From Pseudomonadota bacterium (GTDB lineage Bacteria > Pseudomonadota > Alphaproteobacteria > Rhizobiales > Xanthobacteraceae), in contig JAEYRD010000044.1 of NCBI GenBank assembly GCA_023435725.1, forward strand, positions 37,485 to 101,484: 64,000 bases of DNA. Direction: 5' to 3'. Numbering within the stretch: the first letter of the stretch is position 1; each line of letters opens with the position of its first letter. This document shows positions 53,210 through 62,898 of this stretch, piece by piece. The notes beneath the pieces were generated by a model. That model saw only the letters and a list, made by a program, of their open reading frames with translations. It had not been told where the DNA came from and did not search any database. The position numbers were made by a program, and so were the translations under genes.

Positions 53210-53983
53210 ATGAACGAAGCTCCCTTCCTTCAGTCGTATGTCTCGCCTGTTTGCCGATTTACCGTTGGGACCAACGTAATTGTAGAGCAGCTGCACGGGA
53301 CCGCTTTTCTGGTTGATAGCGACGGCGTCTTTCTGACCGCACGACACGTTCTTGAAAAGGTGTTCGCAGAAGCAAAAGAGAGAGGTGGCGCCGCGGGAGT
53401 TTTCCCGATGCATCTCGTTGAAGGTACGCCTACGAGCCTGACGGCACCTATTATCTTGTTCGATTTTGCTCCAGAACCAGCCGACATCGCTATCTTTACG
53501 ACAAACTACCGTTCGACAACACCGTTACGATTGTCGGATCGCGACGTGGAGGTCTGGCAAGACATCGCTACGATGGGCTACCCAGCGTCCAACGCGCACA
53601 AAACCCCAGAAAAATACGAAATTCAACAGCGCGCCCACAAAGGTTATATTCAGCGAGTTATTCCTGCCGGCAGACTACATCCCGGCAGCCATCCCGACTG
53701 TTTCGAGCTAAGCTTTCCCATAACAAATGGCCTAAGCGGATCACCTGTTTTCATTCACCAAGGCGAATTCGACCATGTCATCGGCGTCTGCACTCACTCC
53801 CACGAATCTCGTGTTGTCCTTCATTCTCATTTGGATGTGAAAGAGGGGACGAGCGAGTTCAGCGAGATTGTATCGCGAGTCGAGGAGTTCGGAATTGCGC
53901 ACGACCTCCGTCCCTTGCTTGATTGGCGTCCCGCCTGCTTAAGGGGGCGTAGGCTTCGCGACCTCAGCAACCTCCACAACTAG
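53210..53983 (+). CDS. Trypsin-like serine protease domain protein, atypical composition
   Basis: GTAFLV, FLTARHV (His), DIAIF (Asp), GLSGSPV (Ser). Many A/T-ending codons. Confidence 0.8.
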   Translation: MNEAPFLQSYVSPVCRFTVGTNVIVEQLHGTAFLVDSDGVFLTARHVLEKVFAEAKERGGAAGVFPMHLVEGTPTSLTAPIILFDFAPEPADIAIFTTNYRSTTPLRLSDRDVEVWQDIATMGYPASNAHKTPEKYEIQQRAHKGYIQRVIPAGRLHPGSHPDCFELSFPITNGLSGSPVFIHQGEFDHVIGVCTHSHESRVVLHSHLDVKEGTSEFSEIVSRVEEFGIAHDLRPLLDWRPACLRGRRLRDLSNLHN

Positions 53984-54012
53984 CTACGCAATCTTGCTGA
54001 TTCCAGCCTTCC

Positions 54013-54672
54013 ATGCCCTACTCCCTCGCCATCTTCGATCTCGACGGCACGCTGGCCGACAGCTTTCCGTGGTTCCTGCGCACCATCAACGATGTCGCCG
54101 ACCGCTTCGGTTTTCGCCGCGTTAGGAACGAGGATGTCGAGGGACTGCGGCATGCCTCGACGCGCGAGATCCTCGCGCGTCTCGACGTGCCGCTGTGGAA
54201 GCTACCGGCGATTGCGCGGCATGCGCGGCGGCTGAAGGGACAAGCGGCGGCGGAGATTTCGCTGTTTGCGGGCGTCGAGGCGATGCTGCAGACATTGGCC
54301 GATAGCGGCGTCCAGCTCGCGCTGGTGACGTCGGACAGCGAAGCCAATGCGCGCGAGAAGCTCGGTGAGGCCGCCGCCCTTTTCGCGCATTTCGATTGCG
54401 CGGCATCGGTGTTCGGCAAGCCCGCGAAGTTTCGGCGGGTCATCCGGCGCGCTGGCGTGGAGCCAAGCCGCGTGATTTCGATTGGCGACGAGGTCCGCGA
54501 CATCGAGGCGGCACGGGCTGTGGGGATCGCCTGCGGCGCGGTGTGCTGGGGCTATGCGGCACCGGCGGCGCTGCAGGCGCGCGGACCCGACCTTGTCTTC
54601 GAGCGTCTCGACGACATCGCGCCGACCTTGCTGACCGGCGCCGTGGATTTGCAAGATCCGACGCTGGCCTAG
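54013..54672 (+). CDS. HAD-family hydrolase (Gph-like)
   Basis: FDLDGTLADS, IGDEVRDI. Confidence 0.9.
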   Translation: MPYSLAIFDLDGTLADSFPWFLRTINDVADRFGFRRVRNEDVEGLRHASTREILARLDVPLWKLPAIARHARRLKGQAAAEISLFAGVEAMLQTLADSGVQLALVTSDSEANAREKLGEAAALFAHFDCAASVFGKPAKFRRVIRRAGVEPSRVISIGDEVRDIEAARAVGIACGAVCWGYAAPAALQARGPDLVFERLDDIAPTLLTGAVDLQDPTLA

Positions 54673-54694
54673 CGCTTCATGCGGCTGGCTGCGC

Positions 54695-55663
54695 CTACTC
54701 CGTCCTCCGCAAAAACGCCCCGAACGCCCTCGGGCCGTCGCCGGTCTTGACCTCGCCGATCACCTTCAGCTCGGCCGCATCGATGATATCAAGCGTGTTG
54801 CTTTCCCAGCAGGCGACGACGATGCGCTTGCCGTCGGCGGTCGCCGCGATGCCTTCCGGATAGTCGCCGACATTGATCCGCTTCACCGGCGTCAGCGTCG
54901 CAACATCAAACACGCTGACGGTGCCGCCATATTGGTCGGTGACGAAGCCGCGCCCCAGCGTCAGCGCCACCGCATAGGGACGCATGCCGACCGGCACACG
55001 GCCGATCTCGTGCCCTTCGGCAATGTCGATCACGGAGACGTCGTTGGAGCCGACATTGGCGGTGTAGGCGCGCCTGCCGTCGGCATCGACGGTGACGCCG
55101 AACGGACGGGTGCCGACCTTGATGATCGCCCTGCGCTCGCGCGTCGCGGTGTCCACGACCGAGACGCTGTCGTCGTCGCGGTCCGCCGAGAGCAGCAACC
55201 GGCCGTCCGGCGTCACCGCAAGCCCCGACGGCGAGGCACCGACCGCGATGCTGGCCGTGACGCTGTGTGTCGCCGCATCGATCACCCGCACCGCGGCGGC
55301 ATACCAATCAGCGACATAGACCGTCTTGCCATCGGGCGTAACGGCAATGCCGAGCGGCCCGCCGCCGACGTCGATGCGGCCGGCGACCTGCCGCGTCGCT
55401 GCATCCACCACCGTCACGGCCTTGGCATCCGGGCTCGTGACATAGGCAAAGCGCCCGTCAGCCGTGACAGCGACTCCCGCCGGCTTGCCGCCGATCGGGA
55501 TCGTCGCAACGCTACGCGACGTCGCGAGGTCCACGACCATCAGGTCGTCGCTGAGCTGGTTGGTGACGAATGCCTCTTCAGCGAACGCGTGGCCGAGACC
55601 TGCACTGCCAAAACCGGCGCCGCAAAGGCTGGCGGCCAGCGCCGCCAGAACCAGCGCGCGCAC
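54695..55663 (-). CDS. Secreted YVTN/YncE beta-propeller protein
   Basis: Seven repeats of VG..P.G.AVTPDG..AYV, signal peptide. Confidence 0.88.
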   Translation of the reverse strand: MRALVLAALAASLCGAGFGSAGLGHAFAEEAFVTNQLSDDLMVVDLATSRSVATIPIGGKPAGVAVTADGRFAYVTSPDAKAVTVVDAATRQVAGRIDVGGGPLGIAVTPDGKTVYVADWYAAAVRVIDAATHSVTASIAVGASPSGLAVTPDGRLLLSADRDDDSVSVVDTATRERRAIIKVGTRPFGVTVDADGRRAYTANVGSNDVSVIDIAEGHEIGRVPVGMRPYAVALTLGRGFVTDQYGGTVSVFDVATLTPVKRINVGDYPEGIAATADGKRIVVACWESNTLDIIDAAELKVIGEVKTGDGPRAFGAFLRRTE

Positions 55664-55665
55664 GG

Positions 55666-56235
55666 TCAGCTTCCGCTCTCGATCTTCTTCTTCAGCGCTT
55701 CGAGGCCCGCCCGATAGAGCCCCTTCACCGCCTTCACCGCGGCTTCGTCACTCAGCTCCGGCGGCGGATCGTTGTTGGGAAAGCCGCGATAGAACGCGCC
55801 GGCCCATTCCAGCGTCGAGCCCTTGCCGTCGGCGCTCGGCGTCACCGTCAGCGTCGAGGAGTAGTTGGTCACCGGCAGCACTTTCACGTCCACCTTGGTG
55901 ATCCGGTAGGAATAGGTCATCCCGTTCGCGTCGAACTTGTAGAGCTCCTCGTCGACGGTGGCGCCGCCGGTCAGCGTCAACCGCCGCGTCGCCTCGATCT
56001 CGTTGCCCTTCTCGCCCTCGGTCTTGGTAACGGGCGGAAGCCAGCTCATGTCCTGGAAGTTGCCGATGACCGCCCAGACCTTGGCCGGCGGCGCATTGAT
56101 CTCGATGGATTCCCGCACCTTCTGCCGGGTCGGCCCGTGCGCCCAGGCCGGAGCAAAAGCCGCCGTCAAAACCGCAGCGCCCGCAGCAGTCAGCGCCGCA
56201 GCCACGGCCGCGCGCCGTCCAATCGTCACCCTCAT
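55666..56235 (-). CDS. SRPBCC-family periplasmic protein (MxaD-like)
   Basis: Signal peptide then AHGPTRQKV, INAPPAKVW, FYRG. Confidence 0.85.
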   Translation of the reverse strand: MRVTIGRRAAVAAALTAAGAAVLTAAFAPAWAHGPTRQKVRESIEINAPPAKVWAVIGNFQDMSWLPPVTKTEGEKGNEIEATRRLTLTGGATVDEELYKFDANGMTYSYRITKVDVKVLPVTNYSSTLTVTPSADGKGSTLEWAGAFYRGFPNNDPPPELSDEAAVKAVKGLYRAGLEALKKKIESGS

Positions 56236-56419
56236 CTCGTGTCCTCACCTTTGAATCTGCGCGACTTCAGGCGCGCTGCCGTCATCGTAACCGATTTTTG
56301 GACCATGGGGAGACAGGTTCGTGGCGCCGGCGTGGCGAAGGCCGTCCCTCGCAAACCACAAGCCCTTGCGCCGCCCGGCGGGCAAAACACGCCAGACCCC
56401 GGTCAATGCTTCCAGATCA

Positions 56420-56965
56420 AAACATTTCGCTTTACGCGAATTCGGAATTATCGCATGTTTCGCCCATCCCAACCCGGCCGAGGGGCGGATCGCGATCGTC
56501 ACGAACGCGGGATGGGACGTGGTGGACGCAGGCGGCGTCGGCGCGAAGGCGATTTGCAGGGCGGGTCACTCCGTGAGCGAATGCCGCGCGCACACGACCG
56601 GCACCGTCGGCGTACGGCAAAATCGTGTGGTCCTGGCGCCCGGAGCCTGTGCGCCAAGTCTTGCGGTGATGTGTGCTGCCCGACCGGGCCCGCACATCAG
56701 CCATCCGCGAGACGACGGGGGCAATAGTGCATCGCTCCCCGGGGAGAGCCCGACATAAGCCGTAAAGCCACTGCGCAGGGAAGGCCGGGATGTCCAGGCT
56801 GCCCTGTATGCCGCTGCGCATCTGTTTCCAGCGGCGCATTTGCGCACAGCGGACCGCGGGTGCCAGCCGGCGCCCGGCCTTCCCTGCGCCCTCGGCACTT
56901 TCGAGGGCGGCAACTGCAGCAAAGCTCGGGCGGAATATGCCGCGAGAACGGAAAAGCGTGTCCGC
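56420..56965 (+). ncRNA. Large structured non-coding element (candidate ncRNA or non-autonomous repeat)
   Basis: No credible ORF. Many nested helices, including a perfect 17-bp pair 56773-56789/56873-56889. Strand and ends are inferred. Confidence 0.55.
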
Positions 56966-57009
56966 AATTTCAAACGTCAATTGGAGGACGACGCATGTGC
57001 CCACAAACC

Positions 57010-57089
57010 CGTCATTGCGCGCGCAGCAAAGCAATCCAGAATCTCTACGCGGCGGCAGTCTGGATTGCTTCGCTGCGCTCGCAATGACG
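57010..57089. repeat. REP-like palindrome
   Basis: CGTCATTGCG...AAGCAATCCAG / CTGGATTGCTT...CGCAATGACG. Confidence 0.8.
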
Positions 57090-57121
57090 ACTGAGAAAGA
57101 GGACGTCGGTCCGTCTCTCGA

Positions 57122-57889
57122 TTACTCCGTCAGCGTCGCCTCAACGAACCCACGCGGATCGTCACAGAATTCACGCATGACTCGGTAATGATCGGTCTGT
57201 TCAACCGTCGTCGGCTCCAACCCGTATTTCCCGAGCCGCAGCAGCCGCGCGTTGGGATAGGCCATCAGCATCGGCGAATGGGTCGCCATGATGACCTGGC
57301 AGATGCAGGACTCTTCCATGCGACGCAGCAGCTTGAGGAATTCGATCTGCCGCGATGGCGAGAGCGCGGATTCCGGTTCGTCGAAGATGAAAATGCCCTG
57401 GCGCCGGCAGCGTTCTTCGAAGAAGCGCAGGAAGCCTTCGCCGTGGGAATGCGACAGGAAATCGGGACCGACCTGGCCGGCATCACGCGCAGCCTTGTCC
57501 AGATATCGCGCGACCGAAAAAAAGCTCTCGGCCCGAAAGAACCAGCCATTGGCGATCTTCGGCAGCCAGCTTGCGCGCAGCGCCTTGGAGAGCTGGCCGC
57601 CCATCTTTTCGCGTGCTTCGGAATGATCGACCGGCATGTAACCCTTGCCGCCACCGGCATCGTCGTAGCCGGCGAGCGCGGCGATCCCTTCGAGGATCGT
57701 CGACTTTCCGGTGCCGTTCTCTCCAACGATGATCGTGATGGCGGTCTCGAAGTTGAGTTCGAAATCATCCGGAAAGATCGGCAGGCAGAACGGATATGCC
57801 CCGCGATCGTGAACCTGCGACGGGTCGAGCCAGACCCGTTTCAGGTAAGGCGCCGGCAGGTTGATCGTTCGACCGCCTCTTCGGCTCAT
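57122..57889 (-). CDS. AAA/ABC-type ATPase (COG3910-like)
   Basis: GENGTGKST, FFRAES, SHGEGF, FDEPESALSP, ATHSP. Confidence 0.88.
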   Translation of the reverse strand: MSRRGGRTINLPAPYLKRVWLDPSQVHDRGAYPFCLPIFPDDFELNFETAITIIVGENGTGKSTILEGIAALAGYDDAGGGKGYMPVDHSEAREKMGGQLSKALRASWLPKIANGWFFRAESFFSVARYLDKAARDAGQVGPDFLSHSHGEGFLRFFEERCRRQGIFIFDEPESALSPSRQIEFLKLLRRMEESCICQVIMATHSPMLMAYPNARLLRLGKYGLEPTTVEQTDHYRVMREFCDDPRGFVEATLTE

Positions 57890-57927
57890 GCCCTGCTTCC
57901 AACCCATTTCGATCCATGTTTCGATTG

Positions 57928-57942
57928 GAACATGTCAGGAAC
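57928..57942. promoter_or_regulatory. LexA (SOS) box upstream of the AAA ATPase
   Basis: GAAC-ATGTCAG-GAAC. Confidence 0.75.
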
Positions 57943-58159
57943 ACAATCCTCGCGAAAGCAATATCTGAGAAACATATAGCAACAAACTCGATATGCGTCA
58001 CTTGGACGCAAACTGTAACCTAAGATTGCAGACAAGAATCGCCCTAAGAATTAAGCAAACGTAGCTACGAGACAGTTTGCTGGCATGAGGCCAGCCCCAC
58101 CTCGCGACCCGGCAATGATTGACGGAAGTCCGGGACCATAAAGCCGCGAGGAATGCGCG

Positions 58160-60226
58160 ATGGTATCAACGTATTTCAGTTACAGCTACATCACGCGCAA
58201 TCTCAAGCAGTCCCTGACGCGGGTCGAACAGCAACCGGACGTGGCGCGAGAGGCCGCCTATTACAAAGCCAACATCGGCAAGGTGAAAACCGTTGACGAT
58301 TTTATGAAAGATTATCGCCTGTATCATTATGCAACGAAGGCATATGGCCTGGAAGACATGGCATACGCCAAGGCTTTCATGAAGAAGGTGCTGGAGAGCG
58401 ACCTCAGCGACCCAAAGAGCTTCGTCAACAAGCTGGTCGACAAGCGTTACCAGGAGTTTGCCGCGGCATTTTCCTTCACCGGCGGTGTGAAGCCGGTTGC
58501 GCAATCGGGGGACCAGACCGATGAGATGATCGGTCTGTATACGGCGGCCAAGAAGAGCCAGGTCGATGCGCTTGCCAGCGACTCGGATTACTACAGCGCC
58601 CAGATCGGCAACATCAGCACTGCCGACCAGCTCCTGAACAACGACCGTCTTCGCAACTATGTCTATTCGGCATACGGGATCGATCAGAGCAAGTGGCCGG
58701 CTGCTACGATAAGCCAGGTCCTGCGCAGCGATCCATCCGATCCAAGCAGCTACGTCAACACCACTTTCGCTTCGCAGTTGAGCGGCCTCAACGCCCAGCT
58801 TGCTCAAGCCCAATCGGATGTCAGCACCGCCAATTCGAACATAGCCAACTACACGGCTCAACTATCGCAACCGGGCGCCAACGTGACCCAGTTGAACGTC
58901 CAGATCCTGGTGGAAAAGCATCACCTGGAGTCATATACGAACAGCATCTCCAGCCTCAACGACCAGATAGCGACGATTGGCGGGTTTGTAGACTTGGCCG
59001 GCGCGTTCGAATTTTTGCCCGATGGATCACTCCCGTCGGGGGTGTCCGCGCAGACTGCCGCAAATGTCACGCTCACCAAACAGCGGTTCGACACCAGCAA
59101 GGCCGACGTTTACCAAGCTGCAAGCCCGATTTACGAAGCTTTGGCGATCAAGCAATTCAGATCGGACCTCCTCAAGATCACTTCAGTCGATGCGTTCGTG
59201 TCGACACCGGGCGTGTATGATTTCGCGCTGGGCGCCGTCGGCCTCGATCCCGACAAGGTCTCGCCGGACATCATCAAGAAAGTCCTTGAAAGCGACGTCA
59301 ACGATCCCAAGAGCTACGTCTATACCCTCAAAGACGATCGATACGTCGAGCTCGCACGCGCCTTCAACTTCGACGCAAAAGGCAATCTGACGACGCCCCT
59401 GGTGGCTCAGGACTCGGCCATAGTGCTCCAGAACGCGAAGAACTACGTCATCGCAGCGATCAAGAACGCAAGCCCCGAGCAGCAGAAGGCAGTTCGCGAA
59501 CAAGCCCAGAAAGACGCGACGTCTTATCAGGAAGCAGTCGCAGGAATCGGAAGCGTTTCCGATCTGATTAAAAACAGGAAGGTGATCGATTTCATTCTTG
59601 TGGCCAAGGGTTTGGAGCCCAAGAAAGTCAGCGACGAATTTCTCAAGAAGATCTTCAGCTCCGATCTGAGCAATCCAAAGAGCTTCGCGAACACGCAGAG
59701 CGATCCACGCTTTGCTGAAATCGCGGCGTCGTTCAACTTCGACAGTAAGGGCAACGTCGCGCGCCTTTCAATGATGGGTCCTCAGAAGCGAGATCAATTT
59801 CGAGAAACACAGGCGAACTATCTCCAGCAAAGCCTGGAGCAGCAGCAAGGTGACATGAATCCCGGCGTGCGCCTGGCGCTATATTTCCAGCGGAAGGCGG
59901 GGGAGATTACGTCCGCATACGACATCCTTGCCGACAAGGCTCTTTCGGAGGTGTTCAGGACCACCTTCGATCTGCCTGATTCGATGGCGGCGATGCCGAT
60001 CGATCAGCAGGCCAAGTTCGTGGACAAATTCATGAAGATCAAGGATCTCTCCGATCCCACGAAGGTTGCAAAGCTGCTGAACCGTTTCTCCGCCATGTAC
60101 GACATCAAGAACAACCAGAGCGCCAGTCAGGCTCAATCTCCCTTGCTCGACCTCTTTCAAGGATCTGGCATATCGGGGGTAAGTCAGTCTACGTTCCTGG
60201 CCATTGCCAAGCTACGCGCTCACTGA
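58160..60226 (+). CDS. DUF1217-family repeat protein (flagellum-associated family)
   Basis: YYKANIGKVKTVDDFMKDYRLY, four SD..DPKS repeats, GVRLALYFQRK, LLNRFSAMYD. Confidence 0.8.
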   Translation: MVSTYFSYSYITRNLKQSLTRVEQQPDVAREAAYYKANIGKVKTVDDFMKDYRLYHYATKAYGLEDMAYAKAFMKKVLESDLSDPKSFVNKLVDKRYQEFAAAFSFTGGVKPVAQSGDQTDEMIGLYTAAKKSQVDALASDSDYYSAQIGNISTADQLLNNDRLRNYVYSAYGIDQSKWPAATISQVLRSDPSDPSSYVNTTFASQLSGLNAQLAQAQSDVSTANSNIANYTAQLSQPGANVTQLNVQILVEKHHLESYTNSISSLNDQIATIGGFVDLAGAFEFLPDGSLPSGVSAQTAANVTLTKQRFDTSKADVYQAASPIYEALAIKQFRSDLLKITSVDAFVSTPGVYDFALGAVGLDPDKVSPDIIKKVLESDVNDPKSYVYTLKDDRYVELARAFNFDAKGNLTTPLVAQDSAIVLQNAKNYVIAAIKNASPEQQKAVREQAQKDATSYQEAVAGIGSVSDLIKNRKVIDFILVAKGLEPKKVSDEFLKKIFSSDLSNPKSFANTQSDPRFAEIAASFNFDSKGNVARLSMMGPQKRDQFRETQANYLQQSLEQQQGDMNPGVRLALYFQRKAGEITSAYDILADKALSEVFRTTFDLPDSMAAMPIDQQAKFVDKFMKIKDLSDPTKVAKLLNRFSAMYDIKNNQSASQAQSPLLDLFQGSGISGVSQSTFLAIAKLRAH

Positions 60227-60242
60227 TGATCGCTCGCCGATA

Positions 60243-61103
60243 CTAGCCTAGCACCTCCAGCACCAGCTCCATGGTCATCAACACGGGGTTGTCGCCGCGG
60301 ACCAGGCGTCCCTCCGCCATGCCGCCGGTGTAGTCGATCAGGGCAATGTCGAGCGCAGCTTCCAGCGCGCCGGAGGAGCCAGGTGCGATTGTCCCGGCCG
60401 TTACAGCCAGCTCAGTCGCGAACGGCTCGGTCACACCACCATGGGTGAAGCGCGCGCCGATGGTCGAGCCGACGCCGCCATAGATCTTCGCCCGCGCGAT
60501 ACCGCGCGCGCGGCAGAATGCTTCGAGGCAACCGGCGAAATCCTGGTTGGGGCGCAGGCGGAGCGCGAAGGCGCGGCTCGTCGTGCGCGCTCCGTCGTTC
60601 GCGGCAGTCACCGGCCCGAACAGCTTGAAGTTGGTCTCGGGATCAGGATCAGCCGTGAACATTGCACCATCGATCCCGAAAGCTTCCACCGCAAACGGCT
60701 CGGCAACAACGGTCTCGTCCGGCAGCATGTGGCCGCCGCTGGCGCGGCCGTCGGCTTCGGTCCAAAGCCCGTGGCAATGAAAGAACGGCGCGCCGTCGCG
60801 CGTGCCAAGCGTCATGCGGCCGAGCTTCGTGCGCGTCACGCCCTTGGGCCGGAACGTGTCGCTATAGAATGCTGCGTTCTCGCCCGTCTTCGACAGCGCC
60901 GGCATGACATAGCCGAACGGTCCAAGCGCGCCGCTGCCAAAATTGAGCACGCCACCGGCAAAGCCCTCCGCCGCAAAGCCGCGACGCGCGGCTTCGAGCA
61001 GCGGCAGACCTGCTTGAAGCATGAACGAGAAGGCGCGTCCCCTCGTCTCCACCCATTGAATGCGCTCGGGATGCGGCGCGCCCGGCTGCTTGATGCTGCG
61101 CAT
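60243..61103 (-). CDS. PPC/DUF296-domain protein
   Basis: FFHCHGLW, GGH, LRLRPNQD, GGVGS. Confidence 0.75.
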   Translation of the reverse strand: MRSIKQPGAPHPERIQWVETRGRAFSFMLQAGLPLLEAARRGFAAEGFAGGVLNFGSGALGPFGYVMPALSKTGENAAFYSDTFRPKGVTRTKLGRMTLGTRDGAPFFHCHGLWTEADGRASGGHMLPDETVVAEPFAVEAFGIDGAMFTADPDPETNFKLFGPVTAANDGARTTSRAFALRLRPNQDFAGCLEAFCRARGIARAKIYGGVGSTIGARFTHGGVTEPFATELAVTAGTIAPGSSGALEAALDIALIDYTGGMAEGRLVRGDNPVLMTMELVLEVLG

Positions 61104-61112
61104 GACGTTCGC

Positions 61113-62720
61113 TCAGCCCGCCTTGGTCTTGTCGAGATCGAGCAGCCCGCGCGCCTCGAGCTCATCGCGCACCATGCGTTTTGGAATCTTGCCGTAGCCG
61201 GACTTCGGCAGAGCCTCCCAGAAGAAGAAGCGTTTCGGCATCTTGTAGCGCGGTACCTTCGGCGAGAGGAACGCCGCCATCTCCGCTTCGCTCACGGGCT
61301 TCTCGCCTTCGCGCGCGACGCAGACGGCGACGCCGACCTCGCCCCAGGTCGAATCCGGCACGCCGAGGACGGCAACCTCGCCGACCGCGGGATGCGTCAA
61401 AATCTTTTCCTCAATCTCGCGCGGATAGATGTTGGAGCCGCCGGAGATGTACATGTCGGAGGCACGTCCGGTGATGTAGACGAACCCCTCGTCGTCCATG
61501 TGACCGAGATCGCCGGTGCGGAACCAGCCGTTGCGAAACGCCTTGGCATTGGCTTCAGGGTTGTCGTAATAGCCGGCGAGCACAGCAGGCCCAATCACGC
61601 AGATCTCGCCGCTCTGGTTTGCAGCGAGCTCGCGGCCCTCGTCGTCCTGGATCGAGACCTGCATGCCGGTACGCTCGAAGCCGCAGGTGCCGATCTTGGC
61701 ATGCGGTCCATCCTCGGGATCATGCAGCGCAGCCGGGAACACGGTGATGTTGCCGGTAACTTCGCCGAGGCCAAAATACTGCACGATGACCTTGCCGAGC
61801 TTCTTCAGTGCAGCCTTCTGGTCCTCGCGGTACATCGGCGCGCCGGCATAGATCACATGACGCAGCGAGGAATGATCGTATTTGTCGGCGGCGGGATGCT
61901 CGACCATCATCTTCAGAATCGTCGGCACCGTGAAGAGGTTGCTGACGCGATGGGTCTCGATCAGGCGGAACGCTTCATCGATGTCGAATCTCTCGGTCGG
62001 CAGCAGCACGGTACGCACACCGCGTGCGGTCTGCACCAGCTGATGCACGCCGGCGCCATGCGACAGTGGCGCCACCACCAGCGACGCATCGGCTTCAGTT
62101 ACGCCCGGTGTGAGATCGGCGAGATGGTTGGTGACGACAAAACCCATCTGGCCATGGGTCAGCACCGCGGCCTTGGAGCGGCCCGTGGTGCCGGACGTAA
62201 AGAAGAACCAGCAGGGATCGTCGTGCTCGACCGCGACGTTCTCGATCACGGTGCCGGCTCGCGATGCGACGGCATCCGCAACCGACGTTTCGGCGAATGG
62301 CGCCCTGCCGTCGATGCTCCAGGTGAATTCCAGCGCACCGCCCTTCACCGCCGCGGCGTGCTCGGGAAAATCGACATGGCACAGAAACACCTTCGCGCCG
62401 GAGGCTTGCGCGAGATAGGCGACTTCGTCCGGCATCAGGCGGAAATTGGTGGGCACCCAGACGGCACCGAGCCGGAAGGCGGCGAACATCGAAAAGAACA
62501 TCTCGTCGCCATTCTTGGAATGGACGAGGATACGGTCACCCTTGATGATGCCGCGCGCGGCGAGCGCCGCGGCCAGCGCCGAGACCTGTGCGTCGATCTC
62601 CCGCCAGTTCCAGGATTTATCACCCCAGACAAAGCCAGGACGCGATCCATGCCGCCTCGCGTTCTGGGTCAGCATATGGGCCAGATTCATGACGCGGCGG
62701 GACATGCGCAGGGGCTGCAT
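61113..62720 (-). CDS. Acyl-CoA synthetase (AMP-forming)
   Basis: FTSGTTGRSK, YFGLGE, FRTGDLG, LPKSGYGKI. Confidence 0.92.
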   Translation of the reverse strand: MQPLRMSRRVMNLAHMLTQNARRHGSRPGFVWGDKSWNWREIDAQVSALAAALAARGIIKGDRILVHSKNGDEMFFSMFAAFRLGAVWVPTNFRLMPDEVAYLAQASGAKVFLCHVDFPEHAAAVKGGALEFTWSIDGRAPFAETSVADAVASRAGTVIENVAVEHDDPCWFFFTSGTTGRSKAAVLTHGQMGFVVTNHLADLTPGVTEADASLVVAPLSHGAGVHQLVQTARGVRTVLLPTERFDIDEAFRLIETHRVSNLFTVPTILKMMVEHPAADKYDHSSLRHVIYAGAPMYREDQKAALKKLGKVIVQYFGLGEVTGNITVFPAALHDPEDGPHAKIGTCGFERTGMQVSIQDDEGRELAANQSGEICVIGPAVLAGYYDNPEANAKAFRNGWFRTGDLGHMDDEGFVYITGRASDMYISGGSNIYPREIEEKILTHPAVGEVAVLGVPDSTWGEVGVAVCVAREGEKPVSEAEMAAFLSPKVPRYKMPKRFFFWEALPKSGYGKIPKRMVRDELEARGLLDLDKTKAG

Positions 62721-62898
62721 CGGGCTTCCTCTTCGATGGCGGACGGCGCGCTGGCCGTCCTCTCATTGCGGCCCATTTATCGCCATCGCCTGCGACCTCG
62801 CAAGGCCGCTGGCCGGAGCGGAGCCATGCGCATGTTCAAGGAATTTTAAACATGATCGGCGCAACCTCCGTCAGTTCTTGCGTACAGAGTGCAGCATC

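Noticed and set aside
56245..57188. Short ORFs in the 56.2-57.1 kb gap
   Set aside because: No RBS, domain motifs or coding-like codon bias. The region is better explained as structured non-coding sequence.
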